Virus record (IMG/VR): IMGVR_UViG_3300043419_000731
Coordinates: 1 to 64,000 of that record
Direction: 5' to 3' (one strand)
DNA from: a virus
DNA length: 64,000 nt
Position numbers and translations under genes: made by a program. The notes under the pieces are model-generated. The model was not told where the DNA came from. It was given only the letters and a program-made list of their open reading frames with translations, and did not search any database. Below are positions 10,552 through 20,396 of the stretch, one piece after another; the stretch's first letter is position 1; every line of letters starts with the position of its first letter.

Positions 10552-10982
10552 ACGATAAAGTACATAAAGTACTAAGCGCATCTAGATCAAAGGATGAGCT
10601 TATTGCCTGGTGCTATCCAGATAAAAAGAGAATGCTGTATTCATACTCTCAAGTAAAAAAGAATATGGAGACGGCATACACAATAGTTCAAGTTTCTTCT
10701 ATGCTTAATAAACACAGAGTTACAATACAGGATTATATCTTAGAGGGCAAAGTTATGACTCCTACTAAGATATATCCTATAGGTGAGCCAGATAGTACAT
10801 CATGGTCTCAGTATATGTTTAATCAGAAAAACATTCTTGATATACATCAACATATATTAGATTCAGGACATTCATCTGAAGTTCCATCACGAACAGAGCT
10901 TTTGGGTCTTCTCAAAAACAACTTTATATTGTATACTAAAACAGATGAGGGAAAGTTCGTCCCAGTATGGAAGGCGGAATAA
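10497..10982 (+). CDS. Putative DNA-binding protein (MerR/excisionase-like HTH)
   Basis: 'YTIVQVSSMLNKHRVTIQDYILEGKV' HTH-like segment. Confidence 0.5.
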   Translation: MARSKRDSKSKVLRYFFLNDKVHKVLSASRSKDELIAWCYPDKKRMLYSYSQVKKNMETAYTIVQVSSMLNKHRVTIQDYILEGKVMTPTKIYPIGEPDSTSWSQYMFNQKNILDIHQHILDSGHSSEVPSRTELLGLLKNNFILYTKTDEGKFVPVWKAE

Positions 10983-11092
10983 TGGCAAGCAGTCGTATAG
11001 TTATATGCCCTGAATGCAATAAAGAGCTTGAAGTAAGATCTGATTTTGCATACATGACATTATCTAATCATATTAAAAAGGAGCACAGATGA
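10982..11092 (+). CDS. 36-aa C2H2-type zinc-finger microprotein
   Basis: MASSRIVICPECNKELEVRSDFAYMTLSNHIKKEHR; overlaps both neighbours by start/stop coupling. Confidence 0.6.
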   Translation: MASSRIVICPECNKELEVRSDFAYMTLSNHIKKEHR

Positions 11093-11292
11093 CAACAAAG
11101 GTAAAAGTAGATTTATCATTTACTAGAAATCTTGGTAACTATGAGAGCATTAAGATTGGCATAGGCATTGAGGATGATGTCCGCCAAGGTGAGACAGTTG
11201 ATGCTGCAACCGAAAGAGTATATGCCTTTGTTGAGAACAAGCTTATTGAGAAGACACAAGAAGTAGAAGAAGAGCTCAAGCGTGGCAAGTGA
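11089..11292 (+). CDS. Hypothetical protein
   Basis: AAGGAG RBS; coupled ORF. Confidence 0.7.
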   Translation: MTTKVKVDLSFTRNLGNYESIKIGIGIEDDVRQGETVDAATERVYAFVENKLIEKTQEVEEELKRGK

Positions 11293-11605
11293 TAAAGGAC
11301 CTTATATTCTTTTAAGCCTGTACCAATCTTTATTTAAAGAGAAGTATGGTCGTGTTCCAACTATTAATAAGTTCCGTGAAAAATGGGCTATGCAAGATGT
11401 CATTGATAGTGTAGGATATGACCGTGCAAAAGAATTGTTAGAGTACTACTTTGGTCTTACCAAGAATGGTCACCCACTTCAATTCTTTTTCTATAACTTT
11501 GATAAGATGGATGCACTAAAGATTGAGATTGAAAAAGATAAAGAGAAGCGTCGTTTGTTACTGGAAGAAACGAAGAAAATGGTAGAGCAAGGCGGAATAG
11601 AGTGA
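11282..11605 (+). CDS. Hypothetical protein (possible helicase loader)
   Basis: Directly upstream of DnaB; GTG start. Confidence 0.55.
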   Translation: MASDKGPYILLSLYQSLFKEKYGRVPTINKFREKWAMQDVIDSVGYDRAKELLEYYFGLTKNGHPLQFFFYNFDKMDALKIEIEKDKEKRRLLLEETKKMVEQGGIE

Positions 11606-12864
11606 ATACAGAAGCAACATTAATTTCTGCAGTATGTAAGAATAAAGACATCAGCACACTGCTAGCAGATAACGTGGACGATCTATTTACTTCCCATAAA
11701 GATATTTGGGAAGGGTTAAAGTCATACTACTATAAGTTTAAGGCTGTACCAGAAGTTGGTATTCTTCAGGAGAAGTTTAAAGATTTTGAGCCAGTAGAAA
11801 CAAAGGCTGAGACAGGCTACTATTTAGATACATTAAAGAATGAGTTCTTGTCTGCTAAGCTAAAGACAATTCTTTTGAAGAGTGGTTCTGCTCTAAAAGA
11901 AGATGCTGCATCTAGAGTTCTTGAGCAAATGCAGAGTCAGTTAGCAGGGCTAAGCCGTTTTACAAACAATGTACGAGATTTAGATATCACCGATGCTGAT
12001 GCAGCAATTAGACACATGGAGTTGTTGCGTGTAAGGTCTGCCGAAATGGGTGGCTCTCCAGGCATCAAGACAGGTTTTGAGGCGATAGATCTTGCATACC
12101 CAACAGGTATGGCTCCAGGACACCTAATCGTCGCTATCGGCTGGCCAGGCCGTGGTAAGACATGGTTCACATCTTATCTTGCTTGCAAGGCTTGGGAGCA
12201 AGGGTTCAAGCCAATGATCGTGTCACTTGAAATGTCTCCAGAAAATATGCGTGACCGTATTTATACCATGTTAGGGTCTGGTCTGTTTAAGGCTTCTGAT
12301 TTTTCAAAGGGAGATATCAATATTGATGACTTCCGTTCATGGTCACAAAAGAAGTTTGAGAATAAGAATAGCTTTATTCTGATTTCAAATGAGGGAAATA
12401 CTGAAGTTACTCCTGCAACTATTCAGGGTAAGATTGACCAGCATAAACCAGACCTAGTTATTCTAGATTACCACCAGCTATTTAATGATAACAAGCGTAG
12501 CAACTCTGAAGTTGAGCGTAACCGAAATGTTTCTCGTGAGTTCAAGATGCTTGCAGTATCAAACAACATCCCAATTATCGACATTACCGCAGCAACCGCA
12601 GACGATGTATCAGATCAAGACAATCCTCCGATGATGTCGCAGGTTGCTTGGTCTAAGGCAATTGAGTACGATGCTGACATGGCTATGGCTGTCCATAGAT
12701 ATCCAGGAACTAACATGATCGAGGTTGTTTCTAGAAAGAACCGACATGGACATGAGTTTGGTTTATACTTAGATTGGGATATCAATAGAGGTATCGTCAA
12801 AGAGATTTATGAGAATCCATTCCAGAATAATGAATCACAAACAAATAAAAAGATTTCAGGTTAA
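11602..12864 (+). CDS. dnaB: DnaB-like replicative helicase
   Basis: Walker A 'GWPGRGKT', 'SLEMS', Walker B 'VILDY', 'KNRHG'. Confidence 0.9.
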   Translation: MNTEATLISAVCKNKDISTLLADNVDDLFTSHKDIWEGLKSYYYKFKAVPEVGILQEKFKDFEPVETKAETGYYLDTLKNEFLSAKLKTILLKSGSALKEDAASRVLEQMQSQLAGLSRFTNNVRDLDITDADAAIRHMELLRVRSAEMGGSPGIKTGFEAIDLAYPTGMAPGHLIVAIGWPGRGKTWFTSYLACKAWEQGFKPMIVSLEMSPENMRDRIYTMLGSGLFKASDFSKGDINIDDFRSWSQKKFENKNSFILISNEGNTEVTPATIQGKIDQHKPDLVILDYHQLFNDNKRSNSEVERNRNVSREFKMLAVSNNIPIIDITAATADDVSDQDNPPMMSQVAWSKAIEYDADMAMAVHRYPGTNMIEVVSRKNRHGHEFGLYLDWDINRGIVKEIYENPFQNNESQTNKKISG

Positions 12865-13120
12865 AGTTGAATTTCTAGATGACTCTGATATGATTCGTGT
12901 CAAGCATCAATATGAAAGTATGCTGACACATCAGATGAGAGACAAGGGTTATGTCAGGGTACTTGACATAGACACTAACTTTTCGGTAGAATTTGACGGA
13001 CAAACATGGGTGTTCTTAATGACACTCTATGGAGTATATGTAGGAAAGAAGAAGGCATGGCAATCAGAAGCAATTACGCAAGGAAAGCTGATTCCACGCA
13101 GTACGCTGTCTCGCAAGTAA
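12830..13120 (+). CDS. Hypothetical protein
   Basis: ORF between helicase and primase; ATG 12830. Confidence 0.6.
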   Translation: MNHKQIKRFQVKVEFLDDSDMIRVKHQYESMLTHQMRDKGYVRVLDIDTNFSVEFDGQTWVFLMTLYGVYVGKKKAWQSEAITQGKLIPRSTLSRK

Positions 13121-14049
13121 AAGCAATTGTAAAGGCTCTAGGTCTTCATGAAACATCAGAGGCAAACAATAATTTACTTATGTACTGTCCGTTTCATTCA
13201 AATAGACATACCGCAAGCTTTAGTATTAGCTGTGAGAACGGCGCTTGGCTTTGCTATAACCCAGCATGTGGCGAGTCAGGAAGCTTAATTGAGCTTGTTA
13301 AAAGAGTGCTACATAAAAATGATTTTGAAGCCCTACGCTTTATTAGCTCTAAGCAAAATGAAGCCTTAGAGAATTTTGATGAACTACTTGAAAACTTAAT
13401 GGAAGAAAAGCCAGAGTTTGAGGAGTTTCCACAAGAGACAATAGATAGACTACATGCCGATCTAGCTGGAAATAAAGCGGCAAGAGATTACTTAGGTTCA
13501 AGACTTATTACAAAAGAGTCTGCAGAACACTTTACTCTAGGATACTCTCCAGCAATGAAGATGGTTGTTACTCCAGTTCATAGTCCAGACGGGCTACCGA
13601 TTGGTATTGTAGGCAGATCAATTGAGGGAAAGTCTTTTAAGAACAGTACCAACCTGCCAAAGAGCAAAACGCTATTTAATATTCATCGTGCTAAGAAAAT
13701 TGGAAGCAACGTAATAGTTGTAGAGTCTAACTTCGATGCAATAAGAGTTCATCAGGCTGGATTCCCAAACGTTGTAGCAACCCTTGGGGGATCTTTGTCA
13801 TCAGAGCAGCAAAGACTCCTAAATAAGTATTTCAGCACAATCATTGTAATGACTGATGCTGATGAGGCTGGGCGTGAGCTTGGTCTAAGTATTGCAAATA
13901 GATTGAATACAAAAGATATCTTGTGGGCATCATACGATTATGGTAAGATATACCCTCATGAAGCCAAAGATGTGGGCGATATGACGGAAGAAGAGATAAA
14001 GCAGTGCATAAAAAACTCAGTTTCCCATATTGAATATGTCAGCTGGTAA
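13057..14049 (+). CDS. dnaG: DNA primase (CHC2 zinc finger + TOPRIM)
   Basis: 'CPFH...C...C'; TOPRIM 'VVESNFD' and 'DADEAG'. Confidence 0.9.
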   Translation: MAIRSNYARKADSTQYAVSQVKAIVKALGLHETSEANNNLLMYCPFHSNRHTASFSISCENGAWLCYNPACGESGSLIELVKRVLHKNDFEALRFISSKQNEALENFDELLENLMEEKPEFEEFPQETIDRLHADLAGNKAARDYLGSRLITKESAEHFTLGYSPAMKMVVTPVHSPDGLPIGIVGRSIEGKSFKNSTNLPKSKTLFNIHRAKKIGSNVIVVESNFDAIRVHQAGFPNVVATLGGSLSSEQQRLLNKYFSTIIVMTDADEAGRELGLSIANRLNTKDILWASYDYGKIYPHEAKDVGDMTEEEIKQCIKNSVSHIEYVSW

Positions 14050-14106
14050 TGATATACTAGTAACACAGATGGATCTATACCATCAACTACAAACTAAGGA
14101 GATACA

Positions 14107-14778
14107 ATGGGTATCGTTAAAGGACTAAAAGACCTAAATAAGGTTATGGATGCACCGCAACACTCAAGCGGTGATGGAGTAAAAGCACGTTGGGCAAAGC
14201 TTGAAGATGCAGAAAGCGTTAAAGTTCGTTTTCTTCAAGAGCTTGATCCAGATTCACCAACATACAACGAAAAAGCAGGCCTAGGCTTTATTGCCGTAGA
14301 GCACACAAATCCAAAAGACTATCGTCGCAAGGCGCTTTGTTCAATGGAAGACCAAGGTAAGTGCTATGGCTGTGAACAACACCGCAAAGATTATAAGGCA
14401 GGATGGAAGGGTCGCTCACGACTTTACATCAATGTTCTTATTGACGACGGCAAGGAAGATCCATATGTAGCGATTCTTTCTCAAGGCTCAAGCGGAAAGA
14501 CAATCACACCAACACTCATCGAATACGCTGGAGAAATGGGATCGATTACAAATCTCATGTGGCGTATTAAGCGTTCAGGTACAAAGACTGACACAAGCTA
14601 TACAATTATTCCACTCGCAAAAGATGAAGAAGCATTTGATTCATCTTCACTCGAACTGTACGATCTTGAAACAACAGCAGTTCGTGACTTGCCATACACA
14701 GAGCAAGAAGCTTTCTTTGCTGGTGAGGGCGGACAAGCAGAAGAGCCTTCTGCTTCTAGCAGCAGCGTAGATTGGTAA
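14107..14778 (+). CDS. Single-stranded DNA-binding protein (gp32-like phage type)
   Basis: OB-fold-like pattern with Zn ligands (H, C, CxxC), acidic tail ending DW; replication context; AAGGAG RBS. Confidence 0.7.
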   Translation: MGIVKGLKDLNKVMDAPQHSSGDGVKARWAKLEDAESVKVRFLQELDPDSPTYNEKAGLGFIAVEHTNPKDYRRKALCSMEDQGKCYGCEQHRKDYKAGWKGRSRLYINVLIDDGKEDPYVAILSQGSSGKTITPTLIEYAGEMGSITNLMWRIKRSGTKTDTSYTIIPLAKDEEAFDSSSLELYDLETTAVRDLPYTEQEAFFAGEGGQAEEPSASSSSVDW

Positions 14779-14790
14779 ATAACTAAATAG

Positions 14791-14816
14791 CAGGGGCAGT
14801 CTATTGACTGCCCCTG
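14791..14816 (+). terminator. Hairpin CAGGGGCAGTC-tatt-GACTGCCCCTG (terminator-like)
   Basis: Perfect 11-bp stem after SSB stop. Confidence 0.7.
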
Positions 14817-14838
14817 TATTATTTAGTAGAATGACATC
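14801..14838 (+). promoter_or_regulatory. Promoter CTATTGACT-N17-TAGAAT, 6 nt before ATG 14839
   Basis: TTGACT 14804-14809; TAGAAT 14827-14832; -35 lies inside the hairpin. Confidence 0.7.
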
Positions 14839-15045
14839 ATGATTTCATACGAGATACCAGATCCATTTGATACATTTGTTGAAAACAAATACAAAGATTA
14901 CAAGGGAATGCTTTATGATTTCTTTGCCAGAGAATGGCATATGAAGGCCGCCTGTTGTGGCGAAGAATTATATGCACCAAATAAAAAGACAATGACTAAG
15001 ATTAGACTTTATCATACTAGAAACGAATGCTTGGGCGGATACTAA
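14839..15045 (+). CDS. Hypothetical protein
   Basis: ORF coupled to dnaE (TAATG). Confidence 0.65.
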   Translation: MISYEIPDPFDTFVENKYKDYKGMLYDFFAREWHMKAACCGEELYAPNKKTMTKIRLYHTRNECLGGY

Positions 15046-18000
15046 TGAGCTTTACACACCTACATGTTCACTCCTATTATTCATTAATGGATGGACTAAA
15101 TTCACCTAAAGAATTATGTCAAGCAGCGCTAGATGCTGGACAAACTGCGATTGCAATCACAGACCATGGTACTCTCTCGTCACACAGAGATATGCAGATT
15201 GCCGCAAAGGAAATTGGCATTAAGCCGATTCTTGGTGTTGAGGCGTATATTTCTCCAACAGATAGATTTGATAGATCATCTAAAACAGATAAATCTATTC
15301 AGGCCTATAACCATATTATTTTACTAGCAAAAAATAAGAAGGGGTTGGAGAATATTAATGCTCTGCAAGAGCTTGCTTGGAATGAAGGCTTTTACCATAA
15401 GCCACGTATTGATAGAGAGGTGTTAAATGAATATAAGGAAGGCATTATTGTTCTTTCTGGATGTCTCAACGGCCTTATTTCTAAGGCTATCGAAAGGAAT
15501 GAGTTCTCTGAGGCTACACTTATTCTCAAGGATTTTAAAAAGAATTTCGGTGAAGATTTTTATATTGAGGTTCAATCTCACAACCCAAAAGAAATTAATG
15601 AAAAGCTACTTGAATTTGCAGATGAACTCAAAATCAAAGCGGTAGCAACAGGAGATGCACACTTCGCTAAAGAAGAAGATAGAATCCTAGAAGAAGCACT
15701 TCTTATTTTGTCTACATCTCCAAAGGCAGAGAAGGATTCAGATTTTGAAATGTCTAGAAACATCAAAGACATGTTAGATAGATTTAACTATCTTTATCCT
15801 GATCGTAGAATCTCATTTCAAGATATGAACCTGTTTATTCAAAGCCGTTCCGAAATTGAAGCAGACTTCAATAAGTCTGGAATTAATCGAACAGACATTT
15901 ATGAAAATACAATGGAGATTGCTGATAAGGTAGAAGACTATGACTTTCATCAAGGCCTTGATCTTTTGCCAGTGCCGAAGACTGATGCCGATGAAAGACT
16001 ACGGGAGTTGGCTGAAAGTGGCTTAGAGAGGCTTCAGAAGGCTTCTGACCCTGCATACATCGACAGACTTAACGAAGAGCTAGCAATTATTGCTAAGAAG
16101 AACTTTGCTTCGTATTTCTTGGTAGTAGGAGATATGATTAATTGGGCTAAAGAAAATGATATTCGTGTAGGTCCAGGTCGTGGCTCTGCTGCAGGCTCAT
16201 TGGTCTGCTACGCTCTTGGAATTACAGATGTAGATCCAATTGAATATAACTTGCTGTTCTTTAGATTTATCAATGAAGAGCGTAATGACTTTCCAGATAT
16301 CGATACAGACTTTGAAGACCGTCGCCGTAAAGAAGTTAAAGATTATTTAAAGAAAAAGTTTAAGCACGTAGCATCAATCTCAACATATACTTATTTTAAA
16401 GATAAGGGTGTTGTTCGTGATGCTGCTCGTGTATTTATGGTGCCACTTCAAGAAGTAAACCGTGCACTAAAGACTGTTGATACATTTGAAGATTTTATTG
16501 ATTCTCCAAATACAAAAGAATTTAGAATGAAGTACCCAGAGGTTGTGTGGCTTGCAGACAGATTACGTGGAAGAATTCGTTCAGTAGGAGTCCATGCCGC
16601 AGGTGTTGTGGTTGCTAAAGATGATCTAAGAAAGTTTGCACCAGTAGAGTCTCGTGAAGATTCACAAGACAAGGTGTCTGGAAGAATCCCTGTTGTTGCA
16701 TATGATATGGATACAGTTGCGGACATTGGGCTTATTAAGCTAGATGCTCTGGGCCTAAAGACACTTTCTGTTATATCCGATACTCTTAAGTCAATCAAAG
16801 AAAGATCTGGAAAAGATATTGATCTTTCCAAACTTTCTCTTGATGATCCAAAGGTTTATCAGATGTTGAATGATGGATATACTAAGGGTGTGTTCCAGGC
16901 AGAAGCAACACCATATACAAACCTTCTCATCAAAATGGGTGTAGATAAGTTTGAAGACCTAGCAGCATCTAACGCATTGGTCAGACCAGGCGCTATGAAT
17001 ACTGTAGGTGCATCTTATATCAATAGAAAAAATGGCAATGAGGCAGTAGACTATAGCCATACAATCATGAAGCCTTTTACAGAAAACACTTATGGTGTTA
17101 TTATATATCAGGAGCAGGTTATGCAGGCATGCGTACACCTTGGTGGTATGACTTGGGCAGAGGCTGATAAGGTCCGCAAGATTATTGGAAAGAAAAAGGA
17201 TGCAAAAGAGTTCGACCAGTTCAAGGATAAGTTTATTACTGGGGCTTCAGAACACATTTCTAAGAAAAAAGCGGAAGCGCTATGGCATGACTTTGAAGCT
17301 CACGCAGGTTATTCTTTTAACCGTTCCCATGCTGTTGCTTACTCTATGCTATCTTACTATACTGCTTGGCTCAAAACTTATTATCCTTTGGAATTCATGT
17401 TCTCGATTCTTAAGAACGAAAATGACAAAGACGCCAGAACAGAGTATCTGATCGAGGCTAAAAGATTAGGCCTTAAGGTTTTACTTCCACACATCAATGA
17501 ATCTGATCTTTATTTCTCTTTGCAGAAAGATTCAATTAGATTTGGTTTAGCTGAGATAAAATTTATTTCAGACAGTATTGCAAATAAAATTATAGAAAGA
17601 AGACCATACAGTGATTATGCTGACTTTATTGAGAAGGCATCAAAGAAAGGCTCTGGCATTAATAGCCGTGCTGTTACTGCTCTTAACGCCATCGGCGGTG
17701 CTGCGTTCCCTGATAACAAAAGGCAAGGAAATGAAAAAGACAATTACTACGAATATCTAGGTATTCCAACATTTAATCTTGAAGGCATTCCTCCAAGAAT
17801 TAAAGCGCAAGCTAGACCAATCAATGAGTTTGATGACCTAGGTTCTTTCATTATGTTTGGAATGGTTAAATCAATTAAGCGAGGTAATGGCTGGGCTAGA
17901 GTTGAGCTTGTTGATGAAAGCGGAACAGTTGGACTATTCCATACAGAGCAAACTCAAATTGAAACAAACCAGATGTACTTTATTCTTGTAGGAGATAACC

Positions 18001-18314
18001 GTATTGCTAGATACATTAAGGTCTCAGACATTGATCCAAAATCAGATGACTTATTTGTAGACTATCTATACAGAAAAGAATATGATCTTGAGGAAGATGA
18101 ATACATTGTAGTAAACTTTACGCCTTATACAACTAAGGCGGGTAAACAAATGAGCCACCTAATCCTATCTAATAGGGACAAGGAGCTAACAAGAGCTATT
18201 GCATTCCCAGCGATGTACAAGATGACATTGGCTAAAATGCGTGAAGGAATGAAGTGCAAGGTTACATTATCTAAGCTGGATGATGGAACATTAAGTATCA
18301 AGGAGATAAAATGA
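15045..18314 (+). CDS. dnaE: DNA polymerase III alpha subunit (DnaE-like)
   Basis: PHP 'HLHVHSYYSLMDG', 'GRGSAAGSL', 'FPDIDTD', 'HAAGVV', 'FNRSHAVAY'. No intein-sized insertion. Confidence 0.95.
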   Translation: MSFTHLHVHSYYSLMDGLNSPKELCQAALDAGQTAIAITDHGTLSSHRDMQIAAKEIGIKPILGVEAYISPTDRFDRSSKTDKSIQAYNHIILLAKNKKGLENINALQELAWNEGFYHKPRIDREVLNEYKEGIIVLSGCLNGLISKAIERNEFSEATLILKDFKKNFGEDFYIEVQSHNPKEINEKLLEFADELKIKAVATGDAHFAKEEDRILEEALLILSTSPKAEKDSDFEMSRNIKDMLDRFNYLYPDRRISFQDMNLFIQSRSEIEADFNKSGINRTDIYENTMEIADKVEDYDFHQGLDLLPVPKTDADERLRELAESGLERLQKASDPAYIDRLNEELAIIAKKNFASYFLVVGDMINWAKENDIRVGPGRGSAAGSLVCYALGITDVDPIEYNLLFFRFINEERNDFPDIDTDFEDRRRKEVKDYLKKKFKHVASISTYTYFKDKGVVRDAARVFMVPLQEVNRALKTVDTFEDFIDSPNTKEFRMKYPEVVWLADRLRGRIRSVGVHAAGVVVAKDDLRKFAPVESREDSQDKVSGRIPVVAYDMDTVADIGLIKLDALGLKTLSVISDTLKSIKERSGKDIDLSKLSLDDPKVYQMLNDGYTKGVFQAEATPYTNLLIKMGVDKFEDLAASNALVRPGAMNTVGASYINRKNGNEAVDYSHTIMKPFTENTYGVIIYQEQVMQACVHLGGMTWAEADKVRKIIGKKKDAKEFDQFKDKFITGASEHISKKKAEALWHDFEAHAGYSFNRSHAVAYSMLSYYTAWLKTYYPLEFMFSILKNENDKDARTEYLIEAKRLGLKVLLPHINESDLYFSLQKDSIRFGLAEIKFISDSIANKIIERRPYSDYADFIEKASKKGSGINSRAVTALNAIGGAAFPDNKRQGNEKDNYYEYLGIPTFNLEGIPPRIKAQARPINEFDDLGSFIMFGMVKSIKRGNGWARVELVDESGTVGLFHTEQTQIETNQMYFILVGDNRIARYIKVSDIDPKSDDLFVDYLYRKEYDLEEDEYIVVNFTPYTTKAGKQMSHLILSNRDKELTRAIAFPAMYKMTLAKMREGMKCKVTLSKLDDGTLSIKEIK

Positions 18315-18526
18315 CAGAAGAAATTGAGTCATCTAGCGCTGAAGACATTTTTGGAACACTGAGTGTACCAAAGATATTGATTGCTACAATTCAAACGCTA
18401 GGTGAAATTACCGTACCAACAGACGCATTCATTAATGCTGGAACAGAAGATCAGGAATTACAGGTTGATTACAATTCAGATAATCAAACATTTACATTTA
18501 AGCTAAAGGTAAAAGATGTCGAATAA
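18311..18526 (+). CDS. Hypothetical protein
   Basis: AAGGAG RBS; ATGA overlap. Confidence 0.65.
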   Translation: MTEEIESSSAEDIFGTLSVPKILIATIQTLGEITVPTDAFINAGTEDQELQVDYNSDNQTFTFKLKVKDVE

Positions 18527-18869
18527 AGATGTAGAGCTTCCAACAGACTACGGACTAGATGTGCTTGCTGCAATCTTACATGAAACAGCAATTGAAAAAG
18601 GTTTCTGGGATAACCCAAAAAACTTTGATGTGTTTGGAAATAAACTTGCACTAGTGCATTCTGAGGTTACAGAAGTTCTTGAGGCAATCAGAAAGAATAA
18701 AGGTTCAGAAGAAATTGTCGAAGAAATGGCAGACATCCTAATTAGAACTCTTGATCTGTATGCATCAATGCGTAATGGCGGATTCATAGATCACAGTCTA
18801 GATGAAATTTTATTTAAAAAGATGGAAGTAAATAAAGCTCGCCCAAAGCTTCACGGCAATTTATTTTAA
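18516..18869 (+). CDS. MazG-like nucleotide pyrophosphohydrolase
   Basis: 'ALVHSEVTEVLEA...EEMADILIR..D' ExxE..ExxD motif. Confidence 0.85.
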   Translation: MSNKDVELPTDYGLDVLAAILHETAIEKGFWDNPKNFDVFGNKLALVHSEVTEVLEAIRKNKGSEEIVEEMADILIRTLDLYASMRNGGFIDHSLDEILFKKMEVNKARPKLHGNLF

Positions 18870-18902
18870 TGATATAATTGTATCAAAGAGAAAAGATAAT
18901 AA

Positions 18903-19907
18903 ATGACTATAGCGATTGATGATATCCTAGCAGGATTAGATCCAAAAACAAGAGCAAGAGTAAAAGCAGCACAAGATGTAAAAGTTGAAAAGCAAAAGAC
19001 ACCAAGCATAGGATTGAACATGGCGCTCAAGGGTGGCCTTGGTTATGGACGACAAGTTCTTGTTTGGGGTAACAAGTCTGCAGGAAAGTCTTCTTTCTGT
19101 TTGCAGATGATTGCTCTTGCACAGAAAGACGGAAAGACTTGTGCATGGATTGATGCAGAGGCATCATATGATCAGTCTTGGGCTGAAGCTTTAGGAGTAG
19201 ATTCTGCTTCCCTTATTTACTCACCAGCGAAAACAGTAAATGATATGGTTGATGTTGCCACAAAGCTAATGGATGCTGGAGTAGACATTATCGTTGTAGA
19301 TTCAATCTCAGCACTTCTACCTGCAATCTATTTTGAAAAAGACGGAAATGAAATGAAGGATTTGCAAGACACAAAGCAAATCGGCGCAGAAGCAAAGGAT
19401 ATGACTCACGCAGTCAAGATGTTAAACTATGCAAACAAAAATACACTACTGGTTCTCATCTCACAGCAAAGAAATCAATTTGGATCTATGCATGCTTCCC
19501 ATATCCCAACGGGGGGAATGGCGGTCAAGTTCTTTTCTTCAACAGTCATTAAGCTATGGTCTTCTGAAGCTGAAGCAAATGCGATTAAAGCGGGCGTTCA
19601 AGTTGGTGACAAAATCATTGAACAGCGAGTTGGCAGACCAGTCAATTGGATTATTGATTACAACAAGCTCGGCCCCCCTAACCTTTCAGGACAATACGAT
19701 TTCTATTACCAAGGAGAAACCCTAGGAGTAGATGGCGTTGGCGAAACTCTTGATGTTGCGGAGATGGTTGGCGCAGTAGAAAAGGGTGGCGCTTGGTATA
19801 CAGTTAATGGTGAGAGACTACAAGGTCGTGCTAAAGCTGTTGCATACTTAAGAGAAAATCCAGATGTTGTTGAAAAGCTTGTTGGTGATATCAGTGCCAA
19901 ATCTTAA
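18903..19907 (+). CDS. recA: RecA/UvsX-like recombinase
   Basis: Walker A 'GNKSAGKS', 'WIDAE', 'VVDSISAL', 'PTGG.AVKF'. Confidence 0.92.
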   Translation: MTIAIDDILAGLDPKTRARVKAAQDVKVEKQKTPSIGLNMALKGGLGYGRQVLVWGNKSAGKSSFCLQMIALAQKDGKTCAWIDAEASYDQSWAEALGVDSASLIYSPAKTVNDMVDVATKLMDAGVDIIVVDSISALLPAIYFEKDGNEMKDLQDTKQIGAEAKDMTHAVKMLNYANKNTLLVLISQQRNQFGSMHASHIPTGGMAVKFFSSTVIKLWSSEAEANAIKAGVQVGDKIIEQRVGRPVNWIIDYNKLGPPNLSGQYDFYYQGETLGVDGVGETLDVAEMVGAVEKGGAWYTVNGERLQGRAKAVAYLRENPDVVEKLVGDISAKS

Positions 19908-20091
19908 TGAGTTTTTAAATAAATCTACAATAGATACTGTTCCACTTGATGAAAGAGTTGAGGTCATTGAGCAGATGAGACCTTGCTCTAAGTGCGATCT
20001 TTATGTTGACTCTTACATGTTTAATAATCAAACTATGGAAATGTACTGGAGATGTAAAGACGGTCACGAAACAAGATATCAGGTAGGTTAA
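19894..20091 (+). CDS. Hypothetical zinc-binding protein
   Basis: CxxC...C..H; probable GTG start at 19894. Confidence 0.55.
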   Translation: MPNLNEFLNKSTIDTVPLDERVEVIEQMRPCSKCDLYVDSYMFNNQTMEMYWRCKDGHETRYQVG

Positions 20092-20396
20092 TGTCAGAGA
20101 GAGCAGAAGTTAAAAGAGATGGGGCTAAAGCCCAGAAAAACTCTGGTCGTGGCGACTATCAAAAGGGTGATGCTCAATGGAAGCAGTTTCTTGTAGATTA
20201 TAAAGAGGCAGGATCTTCTTTTACACTAAACAAAGACAACTGGGCCAAGATCTGTACTGATACATTTAAGGTAAACAGAGATATGTATCCAGCCTTAAAA
20301 ATTATTATAGGCAAGGAAGCCAAGGTTAGACTTGGCATAATAGAGTGGGCTGTATTAGAAGAGCTAATACAGTTCTGGGAGGAGAATCATGAGTAA
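20091..20396 (+). CDS. PD-(D/E)xK Holliday-junction resolvase-like endonuclease
   Basis: 'SGRG...KGD...LVDYK' motif. Confidence 0.65.
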   Translation: MSERAEVKRDGAKAQKNSGRGDYQKGDAQWKQFLVDYKEAGSSFTLNKDNWAKICTDTFKVNRDMYPALKIIIGKEAKVRLGIIEWAVLEELIQFWEENHE

